A stretch of 64,000 nt of DNA from Oculina patagonica (Eukaryota): assembly GCF_052425735.1 (NCBI RefSeq), contig NC_135759.1, positions 36,890,001 through 36,954,000 of the forward strand, read 5' to 3'. The notes under the pieces were generated by a model. The model was not told where the DNA came from and did not search any database. It saw only the letters and a list, made by a program, of their open reading frames with translations. Positions 36,299-48,656 of this stretch are shown here, piece after piece; position 1 is the stretch's first letter; every line of letters begins with the position of its first letter. The position numbers and the translations under genes are program-made.

Positions 36299-39200
36299 CT
36301 ACATCAATGAACAGCACTTGCACTGGGGAGAGGACAGTCCACCTTTCTTTCCCTTCTTTCGTTCCTTTTCAAGCTCACTTTTGTCTTCTTCTTCGGGCGT
36401 CAACAACACCAGCACGGGTAATGTTTCGTCGGCACCTTCGTTCGGCTTTTCATCCGAATCAGCAACTCCAACTACAGCCTCGCCCGAAGCGTCAGAAATA
36501 AGCTTCTCCTCATCTGGAACGTCTTCATAAGGTTCTGTCCCAGACGGAACATCGCTCGGCATTTGTGGTGTCTTTGTAGGTGTTGAGTCCTTCTTTCGGG
36601 AGTTCTCTGCAAAGGAAAACTGCTCTTGAGACTCGAGAATTCCACGATCCTCCGATGCAGCTAAAGGCGCCGAACCATCGTTCTCTTTCTCTGGTAGTAC
36701 TTCGGGTGCTGAAAGCCTCTTCCTAAGTACATGACGTAAGAGTTGTTCATCGTCATCCCTGCCGTGTTGAAGTTTGGTGAAGGATGTTGACGTGAACGTT
36801 TCTTTTGTCGTTGTCGTTTCTGGAACAGAACTCGTTGATTCGGTAGTTACTTCCACTGTTTTCTTTTCGTAAATTGTCTTTACCACATTGGTGTCCAATT
36901 CTTGCGTAGCTTGATCCTCGCCTGTTTTTTGATTAATGGTGATTGTGGTTGTGAAGACCTCAGTGCGTTGAATTTCCTGTTGCGTCTCCTGTTCTTTTTG
37001 TACAGGTCCTCGAACTTTATCATCAAGAATTTCTGTTTCACGGACCTGATTTTTTTCTTCGTCCATTTCTTTAGCTGTGACCTCTGGCTTTTGATCCTCT
37101 GTTTCGACTGTCTGTAGTAGCTCATGATGAAATTCAGGAGTGTTTCTCTCTACAGCAGGGGCAACAGTTTCTTGTACAGAGTCTTCGACTGCCATCTTTT
37201 TCTCTACTTCAGGTATTTCTAGTATATCTACTAGCAATGATTCTTCCTTGTCGGCGGATTCGTTTTCATCGCTCTCCTTCGGCTGCTCGCTGTGTAAAGC
37301 GAAAGACACAGGTTTCTTTTCAACTACATCCGTGACGACTTCATGGACTATCTCTCCTTTGTCTTGTGGGACAGAATTAGCATCTTCAACTGGAGCTGCC
37401 TTTTCTACCGTCGATGCCGTCTCTTCCGTATCAAACACCGGTTCTATGTTTAGTGAAACTGGTCTCTTCTCAACTACCACAGGCACGCCTTCTTCAATCG
37501 GCTCTTTGTCTTTGCCTTCGTTTTCTTCGGTATTTTGTGTCGCTGGCGTATCAATTATGGATTTAATATTGACGAGCAAGGACTCTACCGTAGCATCGCT
37601 GTCTTTCTTCGTTTCTTCTACGGGTTCGTCTTCAGGACCTCCTTCATCAAACAGCACCTTCGTCTGAAGTGAAGCTGGTTTCTTCTCTACCACCACAAGT
37701 TCGGTTTCCGTGACAAGTTCCTTCAAATCTGTTACCTGCTCATCATGAACCTCCTTCTCAGGCGCTTCGTCGGGAACATCGTCTACGTGCAGGGACACGG
37801 CAGGTGTCTTTTCTACAACAACTGGAGGAGCTTCTTTTATCGGTTCTCTTTCTTCGCGGTCTTCCTTGGGATCGAACACAGCTTCCATGTGCAGTGATAC
37901 AGGTCGCTTTTCTACCACAAGAGGGGATTCTTCTTCTATGGTTTCCCCCTTTTCAGTCTCCGTGTCCTGTGGGGCTTTAGAGGCGACTGGCTCGTATTCA
38001 ACTTCCACGGTGTTGTAGTCAATGTTTTTATCCTCTGCAGTTTCTTCCAGCATGGGATGGTAATGGGATAACTTAGGCTCTGATTGCACAGCTACGGTGG
38101 AAGCTTCTTTTATTGGTTCCCGAACTTCATTACTTCCTTCTTCATGGAACACGTGCTCCATATGAAGTGATACAGGTCTCTTTTCTACAATCTCGTGAGG
38201 AGCCTCTTCAATTGGCTCTTTATCGTCTTCCTTGTGGTCAACAACTGCTTCCATGTGAAGTGATAAAGGCCGCTTTTCTACAACAAGAGGAGATTCTTCT
38301 TCTATAGTCTCCTTTGTTCCAGTATCTGTTTCCTCTTCTTTAGGTTTCGTAGCAGCTGGTTCATATTCAACTTCCACAGAATCAGTGTCCTCGACATTTT
38401 CATCCTCTACAGCGTCTTCCAACATGGGATGGTAATCACAAGATCTAGGCTCCGATTCAACTGCAACGGCTGAAGCTTCTTCTATTGGTTCTGGAACTTC
38501 AGCGTCTCCTTCTTCATTGAATACGTGCTCCATATGAAGTGATACAGGCCTCTTTTCTACAATCTCGTGAGGAGGCTCTTCTATTTGCTCTCTATCAACC
38601 ACTGCCTCCATGTGAAGTGAGACAGACCGCTTTTCTACAACAAGAGGGGATTCTTCTTCTATAGTCTCCTTTGTTCCAGTCTCTGATTCCTCTTCTTTAG
38701 GTTTCAAGGCAGCTGGTTCATATTCAACTTCCACAGAAACAGTGTCCTTGACATTTTCATCCTCTACAGCTTCTTCCAAGATGGGATGATAATCACAAGA
38801 TCTAGGCTCCGATTCTACTGCAACAGCTGAAGCTTCTTCTATTGATTCCCGAACTTCAGCGTCACCTTCTTCATTGAATACGTGCTCCATATGAAGTGAT
38901 ACGGGCCTCTTTTCTACAATCTCGTGGGGAGGCTCTTCTATTTGCTCTTTATCAACCACTGCCTCCATGTGAAGTGAGACAGGCCGCTTTTCTACAACAA
39001 GAGGGGATTCTTCTTCTATAGTCTCCTTTGTTCCAGTCTCTGATTCCTCTTCTTTAGGATTCAAGGCAGCTGGTTCATATTCAACTTTCACAGAATCAGT
39101 GTCCTCGACATTTTCATCCTCTGCAGCTTCTTCCAACATGGGGTGGTAATCGCAAGATCTAGGCTCCGATTCAACTGCTACAGCGGAAGCTTCTTCTATT

Positions 39201-40441
39201 GGTTCCCGAACTTCATTACTTCCTTCTTCATTGAACACTTGCTCTATATGAAGTGACACAGGCCTCTTTTCAACAATCTCGTGAGGGGCCTCTTCAATTG
39301 GCTCTCTATCGTCTTCCTTGTGGTCGACCACTGCTTCCATGTGAAGTGATACAGGCCGCTTTTCTACAACAAGAGGGGATTCTTCTTCTATAGTCTCCCT
39401 TGTTCCAGTCTCTGTTTCCTCTTCTTTAAGTTTTGTAGCAGCTGGCTCATATTCAACTACCACAGAGTCGTCATCAACGTTTTTATCGACGCTTTCATCC
39501 TCTACGGCTTCTTCTAACATGGGGTGGTAATCGCAAGATCTAGGCTCATGTTCTACAGCAACAGAAGAAGCTTCTTCTATTGGTTCCCGAACTTCAGCGT
39601 CTCCTTCTTCATTGAACACTTGCTCCATATGAAGTGACACAGGCCTCTTTTCTACTAACTCGTGAGTGGCCTCTTCTATTGGCCCTATATCGTCTTCCTG
39701 GTGGCCAACCACTGCCTCCATGTGAAGTGATACAGGCCGCTTTTCAACAACGAGAGGGGATTCTTCCTCTATAGTCTCCCTTGTTTCAGCCTCTGTTTCC
39801 TCTTCTGCAGGTTTCGTAGCAGCTGGCTCATATTCGACTTCCACAGAGTCGCCATCAACGTTTTTATCGACATTTTTATCCTCTTCCGTTTCTTCTAACA
39901 TAGGGTGGTAATCACGTAATCTAGGCTCCGACTCTACAGCAACGGCGAAAGCTTCTTCTATTGGCTCCTGCAATTTAGAGCCCTCGTCAGTGGGTTCAGC
40001 CTCTTCTGATAAGGGTGCTTCACCTGGGATTTCTTCCTTCTCATTTCCGTCTGCAACACCAGGGTCAAATATCGGTTCCATATGTAAGGACACGCGTTTC
40101 TTTTCCACTGCTATGAGTTCTGATTCTTCAACCTGCTCATCGTCTGCAGGAACGGCTGGATGGTCTGGGGCGGTCATGGGAAGCAGGACCGGAATTTTTT
40201 CCATTTCTTCGGCCAAATTGTCTTTCATGGACTGTTTACTCTTTGAAGAAACGCCGTTGACAATTATGGCCGGATTGTGGAGCGATACCGTTTTCTTTAC
40301 AACCACAACTGGCGACTCTTCTTGCAGCTTATCTGTAACTGTGACTCTCAGAATGCTTGTCTGTTGTTGTAACGTCTCAGTTTGGCCAGTGCTAACTTGG
40401 CCATTTGCATACACAGACATGTGATCTGCTTCTTCTTCCAT
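36299..40441 (-). CDS. Large acidic, intrinsically disordered tandem-repeat protein (1380 aa) with C-terminal polybasic + CxCCaaX lipidation motif (paralemmin-like tail)
   Basis: 4143-nt uninterrupted ORF; acceptor at 40474 with an in-frame TAA before the ATG; Glu-rich; ends KERKKGKKGGLSSPQCKCCSLM*. Confidence 0.9.
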   Translation of the reverse strand: MEEEADHMSVYANGQVSTGQTETLQQQTSILRVTVTDKLQEESPVVVVKKTVSLHNPAIIVNGVSSKSKQSMKDNLAEEMEKIPVLLPMTAPDHPAVPADDEQVEESELIAVEKKRVSLHMEPIFDPGVADGNEKEEIPGEAPLSEEAEPTDEGSKLQEPIEEAFAVAVESEPRLRDYHPMLEETEEDKNVDKNVDGDSVEVEYEPAATKPAEEETEAETRETIEEESPLVVEKRPVSLHMEAVVGHQEDDIGPIEEATHELVEKRPVSLHMEQVFNEEGDAEVREPIEEASSVAVEHEPRSCDYHPMLEEAVEDESVDKNVDDDSVVVEYEPAATKLKEEETETGTRETIEEESPLVVEKRPVSLHMEAVVDHKEDDREPIEEAPHEIVEKRPVSLHIEQVFNEEGSNEVREPIEEASAVAVESEPRSCDYHPMLEEAAEDENVEDTDSVKVEYEPAALNPKEEESETGTKETIEEESPLVVEKRPVSLHMEAVVDKEQIEEPPHEIVEKRPVSLHMEHVFNEEGDAEVRESIEEASAVAVESEPRSCDYHPILEEAVEDENVKDTVSVEVEYEPAALKPKEEESETGTKETIEEESPLVVEKRSVSLHMEAVVDREQIEEPPHEIVEKRPVSLHMEHVFNEEGDAEVPEPIEEASAVAVESEPRSCDYHPMLEDAVEDENVEDTDSVEVEYEPAATKPKEEETDTGTKETIEEESPLVVEKRPLSLHMEAVVDHKEDDKEPIEEAPHEIVEKRPVSLHMEHVFHEEGSNEVREPIKEASTVAVQSEPKLSHYHPMLEETAEDKNIDYNTVEVEYEPVASKAPQDTETEKGETIEEESPLVVEKRPVSLHMEAVFDPKEDREEREPIKEAPPVVVEKTPAVSLHVDDVPDEAPEKEVHDEQVTDLKELVTETELVVVEKKPASLQTKVLFDEGGPEDEPVEETKKDSDATVESLLVNIKSIIDTPATQNTEENEGKDKEPIEEGVPVVVEKRPVSLNIEPVFDTEETASTVEKAAPVEDANSVPQDKGEIVHEVVTDVVEKKPVSFALHSEQPKESDENESADKEESLLVDILEIPEVEKKMAVEDSVQETVAPAVERNTPEFHHELLQTVETEDQKPEVTAKEMDEEKNQVRETEILDDKVRGPVQKEQETQQEIQRTEVFTTTITINQKTGEDQATQELDTNVVKTIYEKKTVEVTTESTSSVPETTTTKETFTSTSFTKLQHGRDDDEQLLRHVLRKRLSAPEVLPEKENDGSAPLAASEDRGILESQEQFSFAENSRKKDSTPTKTPQMPSDVPSGTEPYEDVPDEEKLISDASGEAVVGVADSDEKPNEGADETLPVLVLLTPEEEDKSELEKERKKGKKGGLSSPQCKCCSLM
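37790..39970 (-). repeat. Coding tandem repeat, ~6 units of 360-381 bp (120-127 aa)
   Basis: Anchor (t/c)taggctc recurs at ~38073, 38445, 38802, 39160, 39540, 39921; unit EPIEEAS.VAVESEPRSCDYHPMLEE...SVEVEYEP...EEESPLVVEKRPVSLHMEAV...HEIVEKRPVSLHMEHVFNEEG. Confidence 0.92.
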
Positions 40442-41978
40442 TATCGTTTTTTGGCTTCTTGTGTTCTTTTATTCTGTCAGGGTAAACGAATTTAACAAAA
40501 ATTAGAGTGAAAATAGAGCGGCTGTTCCAATTATCGGGGAACGTGATAATGTAGGTATATATGTTCGGTATAAAATGGGAGTGACAGGCGCGGAACACGA
40601 CCTCTCTATTACTTCTCTATTTCGTTCCTAGGGTCTTTCTTCCGCTTGTTCCTTGGATGGAGTCAAGCGACAGAAGGTGGGAAAAAGAGCGAGGTTGGCG
40701 TCTGCTGAGCTCGATATTGGGCAGCCAATCAAGGTCTCTATCACGAATTGACAGTGGATTACGGCGAGTTTCTATTGAAATTGCGGGCTGAATCGGAGCA
40801 AACGCCAGTCGCGCCGGGGTTTTTCTAAGTAATCAGGCGCCAACTAACTTAAAAATTAGCATCCCGGAAAAAGCACTTTGAAACAACAAAAATAAACACC
40901 TTAACTTACGTTCGACATAAACAGCTTCGAAACAGAGGGCTTGGGAGCAATATCAAGCCCAATCCTATCTTTGGTGGTGATAAACCCTTCCTTAAAGGAC
41001 TTGGAAATATTTTCATCTGCAGAGAAGTTATCGGGTATTATCGGGGTAAAATGAGAACTGGAATTTGGGCAATATTTCATTGGGAAAATGAAATTTGGGT
41101 CATTGGGAAAATGGGATTTATACCCCTCCCCCCCAGGACCTGAAGGGGGGGAACCCTTTCTCAAGGTACTTAGGAGTATATGATGAAGATTTGGGAAATT
41201 TTAGCCATAACAATCCTGCGTTGCGCAAAAAGAAAAGCAAGTGACGGGTCCAATAACTAATGTATTATGTCTGTTTAATCTACATGCATCCGGTACTAAA
41301 TTGCCTGGATAAACAAACATGAATAACTTAAGTGCACAGAGCAGCAGTGTCTCAGGTTTCTCAAGCTTAATTCTGTGCCAACCGTCGACCAATGAAATTT
41401 CTCGACTGACGAAACGTTTTTTAATTGATGCAAATTGTACCACTGATGAAAAACCTCGACTGATGGATCAAAATTTCTTTGAATACTAAAGCGTGATCTC
41501 CGCAGGCCTAAATTTTTGCGACTGGTGGCCCGCTGTTTGAAATATCCATCGTCAATTTTCGGAAGGTGGATTTGCATCTCGCTAGCTAACCTGCGATCAG
41601 GCGTTTTTTTCCCTTGCAAAAATGAGAGAGGGGAGTGGTAAGTAGGGAGGGAGGGCATGATCTCAGGTTACTCGCCAGCTGGAATTACATCTGAGCTTAT
41701 TTATCATAAATCCTTAAGAAGTAGTCTCGACAACTTGCGTCTGGTATGGCTTTCCCGTATACTTTGGGCTTGAATTCACGGCTACATCTTTTCCAAAGTT
41801 CTAATATAAAGTGATTAGAAATGACGCGATCCCAAGGTCAACCAGCATTGAAATGGATTTTATAATATAAAAGTAAATAAATATATATTTTGGGGGTAAA
41901 TATAAAATGTTTATGGTTTCCTTTTGTTCTGTACGCCACGGGAGATAGAAATGTCCGCTCTACGGTGTATAGACATTA

Positions 41979-42200
41979 GAGGGGCCTGAAGGGGTAAAAG
42001 GGGTAGAACTGGGATTTGGGCAAATTTCTACTGGGAAAATGGAATTTGGATCACTGGGACTGAGCATCAAAAACAAAAAACAATGGAACTGGGACTGGGA
42101 TTTCGGAAATTTGGGAAAACAATAGGCTGGGAAATAGGATTTGGGTAAAATTTGGGCTGTGAAAATGGGATTTATACCCCCTTTAGGCTTCAGGACCCTC
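41979..42200. mobile_element. MITE with gagg(g/t)cctgaag TIR and tgggattt subrepeats (related fragment at ~41045-41145)
   Basis: gaggggcctgaag ... cttcaggaccctc; repeated ctgggatttgg / tgggaaaatg. Confidence 0.7.
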
Positions 42201-44847
42201 ACATTGGCCACGCCTTTTCCATTTTATGTTTGTACCCACGTGTTTTAGCACAATCTGAAATAGTTAATCCATTTTCTTACAATTGTTTATAATACCGTGA
42301 CGGAAATCACAATGACCCGATCAATATAACAGGAGAGCGAGGTAGCGTAAAATCTGATTGCGATATTAAGTGTTTACTCGAAAGCCCGGCTGATCCGTTG
42401 GCTTAGAGATAATTAAAGAAACAAGCTTAATTAACAGGGTGAAAATTGTACTGGTTGCATAATGTTTTGACTTGCCTTCGATTGACAGATCCGGTATCCA
42501 GACATTCACTGGCTCATGAAATCAACATCACGAAATCGCTGAAAGGTTAATTTAATTTCAGAAATCAACATAAACAAACAGAACTGGTCCGTCGATCCGA
42601 ATGACCGAAAATTATAATGTAAAGAAATGTTGTTCTGGAAAAAGAAATGACATTACTGCATGAATTTTAAAATGAGCTAAGTATATTAAACCACTTTGAA
42701 TGTTAAGAATCTCGAGAAGCTTAGAAATGCGGCGGACGTTTATTTGCCCCCCGGAAACAAGTAGCATAATTTCACAGCGAAAAGGTCAGTGAATTTTACG
42801 AATGATTTGTTTTTAAAATAAAATAATTTTTCAATATGCATCTTAGTGATCTTACAGATATTTAGAAGCCTTACTTTCTATCGTGTATTATTTACCTTTG
42901 CAACGATTCGATCTCGTCTAGAACCCTATGGAACACATGTCATACGTGATGCATTTTCATAATGGTATTTTCAGATGTTTTTAATAAAATTTCAGCCTTT
43001 TAATGAACCTCTAGCAATAAAATTTGTCGAATAAATTGTCATAAAGAGCCGAGACTACACAACAGATCAGAAGAAAATTTGAAGGGGTTCCTTCAGACCA
43101 GCGATCGTTCGAGAACAATACATTGAATCCTCCCGAAAAAAGAAAACATCTTTGTGTAAAGAAATACGGTATGCCTTGCATTCATGGCGTACATCTGTTC
43201 TTGTCAAAAGATAACAACATACCGGTAACTTCCTGCTCCTAGCTTCTACATGTAACAAGCACTGTAACTCGAACAAAGCTAAGGGAGTGTTTTTATTTGA
43301 CCGTCAAACGCACCCGCGGTAGTTGGTAATCGGAGCTTTAATACCAGACAACATGTTCTCGGAAACATTCACTTACTCAGAGACATAAACATGGAGGGCA
43401 CACAAAGAAGATTTATAAAAAAAGCCCGATGTATATCTGTTCTTTCATAAATACATCTAATGTTATTGACTCGATCGAATTTTCGTGGCACTCACCTTTG
43501 AATGTCTCAGCTAAGAGTCTGCGATCCGGGTTGAAATAAACAAACTGGTATTCGCAGTGAGAGGCTCGCCTCAAAACTGAAATATGATGATGTTTTTTTG
43601 ATGCCCAAAAAAGATAATGATATGGTCGATTGAGTTGTTCGAATTTCAGTATCCCGTAGAACTCAGTTGTCTTTTAAAATGGCATCCTCATTTTGCCGGC
43701 GCGATTTTTTTGCTCAACAGGGTAGACAGATATAGTTTCCGCCAGAAGTCAATTCTCGACATATTTTTCAAATGCCATATCAATATTTGCAATATTCATT
43801 TCACGTCTCTAACAAGATTATGATCGCCCGCGCGGGTAAAATGTTTGCGCGTTCTCGCGTGACTAATCAAATCTTGCGTGGAACGCAAACGTCTGGCTCG
43901 TCACGCAATCTTCCTCATAAGGAGAGATTGCGTGACGATTCTGAAAATTGACATTATTCTCGGAAAGTCTTGAGGCGGAGCTTGAGCAATATTTGAATAA
44001 GAATGAAACAGTTAAATTGCTTTCAATGGAAATTATTCAGTAGTATTATAATTTACAAGTAATCACAATTTACCACTAGAAGTTTTTAAACTAACCTTTG
44101 TTTAATTTATACACTGTACATGTCCTTTACCACAACTGATTTCTAAAATCAATTAATATACAACTGAACTATAAATCCAGTGAAGGTGAGCAATGAAGGT
44201 GATGAACTTCTATTTACATTATAATTATATAGTTGTACTACCTATAAGGAACTTCAGTCCTGAACTGGTCGACCAAAATAATTGTATATTGTCTAACTAC
44301 AAACAAAACTATGAAATTAATATTTTATTTCAAGAGAATTAAAACTACCTGAAAGATTTGTTATCCTGAGCGTTAAATGATCAAAAGTTGTATGCCTAGC
44401 TCCTTTCAATAAAAAGGTTTGTAAAGATTAACTTCTGAAAGAAAACAGATTTTCACATCAATCAGTTGAATAAATTTTGTTGTTAGTATCCAATTGTGCT
44501 GTAAGTTGCAAAAAGCCTGTGTTTACAATCATTATCACATAATCAAGATTTCTTTTTTAAGATTAAGACCACCACCTATTTTAAATTAAAAATTAGTCAA
44601 AGTGTACATAGTACCTAGTTGCTATACATAAATTCAATTTTAAACCTAGCTAGAAAGACCAGCATTTCTTGAAAATATTAACTAACTGTCTTACAGGTAG
44701 TTGATTGGGTTAACAAATAGTAATTACAATTTTGTGAATGCTACATCAATTGCAGATTTAGTTGGTGTTTAACTAAATCAACAATAACAACGACAGAACA
44801 ATAACTTAAATTCTTTGCAAAGATAAAACTGGTCAATAACATACCAT

Positions 44848-45040
44848 TGTGTGGTTCCAGAAAATGTTCATACTCCCCCCCCACAGAAGGGATAGGAAAT
44901 TCCTGGGGGCAGGAGGGGTCTCAAAGGCCAAAACCTTTAAGGAAAGGTATGAAGTTTAATTTGGAATTTCCAGAGGGGTGGGGGTTCTCAGGAAAATCCC
45001 TTCCGTGGGGGAGGTATGGATAATTTACAGAACTGCGCAT
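44848..45040. mobile_element. MITE with TGTG...CA termini (family also at ~51228-51430)
   Basis: tgtgtggttccagaaaatgttcatactccccc ... gggggaggtatggataatttacagaactgcgca. Confidence 0.7.
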
Positions 45041-45145
45041 TATAAATAAAGTGCATAACATGAAGTGAGATCAATTTGATGGTGATACCCTCAGTAGATA
45101 GTTCTTGTGACTAAATGAGTGAGTTGTAATAATAATTAATAATTA

Positions 45146-48100
45146 TTATTGGACACTCAATAAAGTGAAAACCATAATCATAACAATGATGTACATGACA
45201 AGAAATGCAACTCCAAGACCAATGGCCAGATAGGCAAAATTCCGTGCTGAGTTTGAAGCAATTCTGGCAGAATTGAAATCACCTCGGGCAATAGAATTTC
45301 GAACCTGAAAAACAATCAGAAAAGCCAAAATTAAATTGATTACTGTCTGAATGGCATTTAGGTATTTGACAACTCTCAATAAAATGTTACATTTTCACAG
45401 CATTAAGTATAATTAGTTTATCAAGTCAAAGAGAGCATGCAGGGTTTTCAAACCCAACGAGGTTATCGTAACTACCTTAGTGAAATTAATGAAAACTTCT
45501 TGGAATTATTTGGTGAGGCTCATGTCCATTGACTCTTTAAAACTACATTGAAGCCTAGAACCCTGGGCCAAATTGCTACTGCCTCTGAATGGTACGCCAC
45601 TCCAATGCAGCATACCGTAACCAGTTTTTTGTCAAACATCCCAGAAGCAAGGATTTTTTAGCTACTTATAATTTATTTACATGTATCCACCTGAGTAGAT
45701 TATGCAATTGCCATCACTTCCTTCCAAGGTAACTTTATTCCAAGTCATTTCGTTCCACAAAATGGTCACTTGTTCCAGTGTCAGCGAAGTGTTGTTTGTT
45801 ATCTCGTGGATTTAAGAACAAGCAATATTCATGTGTAACACTCTTGTTTCAGCTCATGGATTGAGGAACAAGGTATATTTATGTGTAGGGCGCTTGTTTC
45901 AGCTCAGAACGGATGATCAATGGAGTTATTCACTCAAGTAACTATTTGGTGGAACTCAAAAGTGACTATTTCGTGGAACAATCTGACCATACAATGGAAC
46001 AAAGTGACCAAATACCAGATTACCTTGCTTCATTCAAGAATGCATGCATTATATAATAATATATAATCTCCCAACAGTTGATATTAGTCTTTTGTACTGT
46101 ACTTAACTGCACCAACACTCATCTGTACCACCTAATCATGTCCAATTGTAAGCTTGCTTACCTCATTAGATTTCAGGATAGCCACAATACCAAGAGGCCA
46201 ACAGCAACACAGGCAGGCAAACCAGGACAGACCTTGGTAGTCAGGGGGTGCTGGTTGTGCACCTGGTTGCACCATAAAGGCTGGACCAGGTTGCTGCAAA
46301 CAATATTTTATCACAATTAATATCTTATTATGATCATTATAATTATAATCATCTTTATGCTTCTTTAATAATTACTGATTTCAATAAGCTTTAGCCAGCC
46401 ATCTAATTATTCAAAACAGCTCCTATACAATATTTCCAATCTGAAAGGTATGTGGCCATCTGGAAAATTCTGAGCATTATTGTTATTGATTAAGTTTCTT
46501 TTTATGTGACATCCCAACCTCAATGTATACCTTATAATAGGAAATTAACGATACATGTTATTAACGCGAATTTAAAAAATTTGCGTTAATTTTATTGATG
46601 TTAATTAATATAAACACGTTTACTATAAGCATTTAACCAGAACTTTTCTCAAATTCGCGTTAATTTTATTACGCGTCAATTTTGTTCGCGTTGTTAAAAT
46701 GCCTCGTTATATTCCTATAATAAGGTAGTTCCATAAATTGTCCATACTTCTTTTTCAGTATATAGGACAGACACTAGCATGTAATGGAGACTAAGATGGG
46801 AAAATCTTTTCAAATGCAATAACCTCCATAAAATTTGCATGCTAGTTCAGTCCTGAAAATTTGAAGGTAGCTTATCAACAAATACATGTATGTATTATTA
46901 ACTAAGTAGATGAACACAGAACCTACTGTTGAGACCATGTAACCACCATATCCTGGTTGCCCTGGGTAACCAGGTGGTGCTTGGTAACCAGGTGGAACTT
47001 GGTAACCTGGCGGCACTTGGTAACCAGGTGGCCCTTGGTAACCAGGTGGTGCTGGGTAACCAGGCTGGGCTTGGTGACCTGGCTGTCCAGGATAGCCTGG
47101 TTGTAGAGTGTAAGGGGGTGGGGCATCTACTGGATAGGCTGGTGGGGATCCATCATCTGGTTTGTTGTCTGCGGCTGCTTGAGGATCAGTATCTGTGAAA
47201 AAAAAATTATTGTGGTTTTCAGTGATATGCAAATCTCTGAGACTCAATCCTCAACCAACAGCTTAAGCTTTTTGCTGCCATCACTCATCTGTTAGCAGAC
47301 CCCTCAGCAAACACAAGTTCACTTCAACTGTGTCAAAAGGTCACGTCCGTCAGTGAGTGTTATTAGACTTTGATCCATTTTTTGTTTTGTTTCTGTTTTT
47401 CATGGTTTGTTGGCAGCTGCCATTATAATTAATTGTTAGTTGCAACTGCAATAAATAAGAACAGTATGTAAAAGCTAAAACAAGTAATCAGAATTTCTTT
47501 GTTTTCTTCTCCTAATAAAAGTCAAACTAATGATCTGAATTGTATACCGGCCGGACACCTTTTAAACCTGAATGTGTGGAAGACAGGTCATATAACTACA
47601 GGTTCAAATTCAGGTGATTAATCCTGTGCACACTCTAATTGGTTTCTTTGTTAGAAACTTGACAGAAACTTACATGTAGAACTTCAAAAAGGATTTGGAG
47701 GGGTATAACTTGGAGTATGTTCTTGTCTTCAGTTCACAGCGAACATCGCTGAGTGATCTTTGGTAACATCAGAAAGATTTGGCTGTTACTTGAAACCTTT
47801 TAAAAGTTTTTGGGTCATCTTCAGAAATCTTAATTCTAAGGTTTTCTGCAGTTTGTACTCAATCACAGCTTTGTACTGTGATTTTGTTTAATTAGTACTT
47901 CTCTGGACAAATCAGAGCTACGGTAAGCAACTTATTGTTCCATTGTCAGTAATGTTATTGTGCCTTTCAAAAACATTCGAACTCTCAGAACCCAACAAGC
48001 TGACAACTGCGTTTTTTTGCTGCTGTCGATCACAACCAACAGACGTGACCTTTTGACTGGTCGTGGTGAACTTCTGTCTCCCAAGATCGAGGTCTGCTAA

Positions 48101-48207
48101 GATGAATGATAGCAGCAAAAAGTATAAACCACTGGTTGAGGTTGGAATTTCAGAGTTCACATGTTTTTGAAGACCGCAGTAATGACATTTCTACCTTTTT
48201 CTGCCAT
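45146..48207 (-). CDS. CD225/dispanin family protein (PRRT1/SynDIG-like), ~189 aa, 4 coding exons
   Basis: Exons 48207-48195 (MAEK), 47192-46927 (alternative donor at 46936), 46293-46162, 45304-45146. PPDYQGLSWFACLCCCWPLGIVAILKSNEVRNSIARGDFNSARIASNSAR + C-terminal TM = CD225 domain; probable non-coding exon ending at 49472 (ctg|gtaagt). Confidence 0.92.
46530..46725. mobile_element. Tc1/mariner-type MITE, TA TSD
   Basis: ta|ccttataataggaa ... ttcctataataagg|ta; ttcgcgttaatttt subrepeats. Confidence 0.75.
46950..47105 (-). repeat. Coding 18-bp repeat (PGY/HxxP/Q hexapeptide, ~8 copies)
   Basis: ttggtaaccaggtgg recurs with an 18-bp period. Confidence 0.85.
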
Positions 48208-48656
48208 TGTTACATGTACGTTACAGGGTCCACCTGAGCTGTATCAGTTCTGTTTGAAATATAACACCAAACAGTTGCATAAGCTTCAAAGGACAATTGA
48301 AATTTGTTCCAAAAAATGTTTCTAAATATTGTTATTTTACATGATGGTGTGCTGTTAAAAGTTATTTTACTTTAACATGCCATGGTTAAAGCAGTTTTAG
48401 CCAAAATTCCAGCGGCATGGCAAAGAAAGCCACATAATAAACTTCTTTTCTTCCTTGTACACAACTCGCTTTGCTCAGGACTGATACCAGAAAGACCAAG
48501 GGGGATATTCTCCAGACCCTCTCACGGTTGGTGAATAAGAAGTAAATACCCCAGTAAATAATTATTGTTATTTAGCCCTTAGATGTCAAACATCAGGCAG
48601 TTAAAAAGTCTTTTCTCAACTATTTATGTTTTACATTGATTCTCATAGCATATTTA

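Noticed and set aside
37790-39970. Regularly spaced repeats as a CRISPR-like array
   Set aside because: In-frame coding repeats with homologous 'spacers', eukaryotic context and no cas genes
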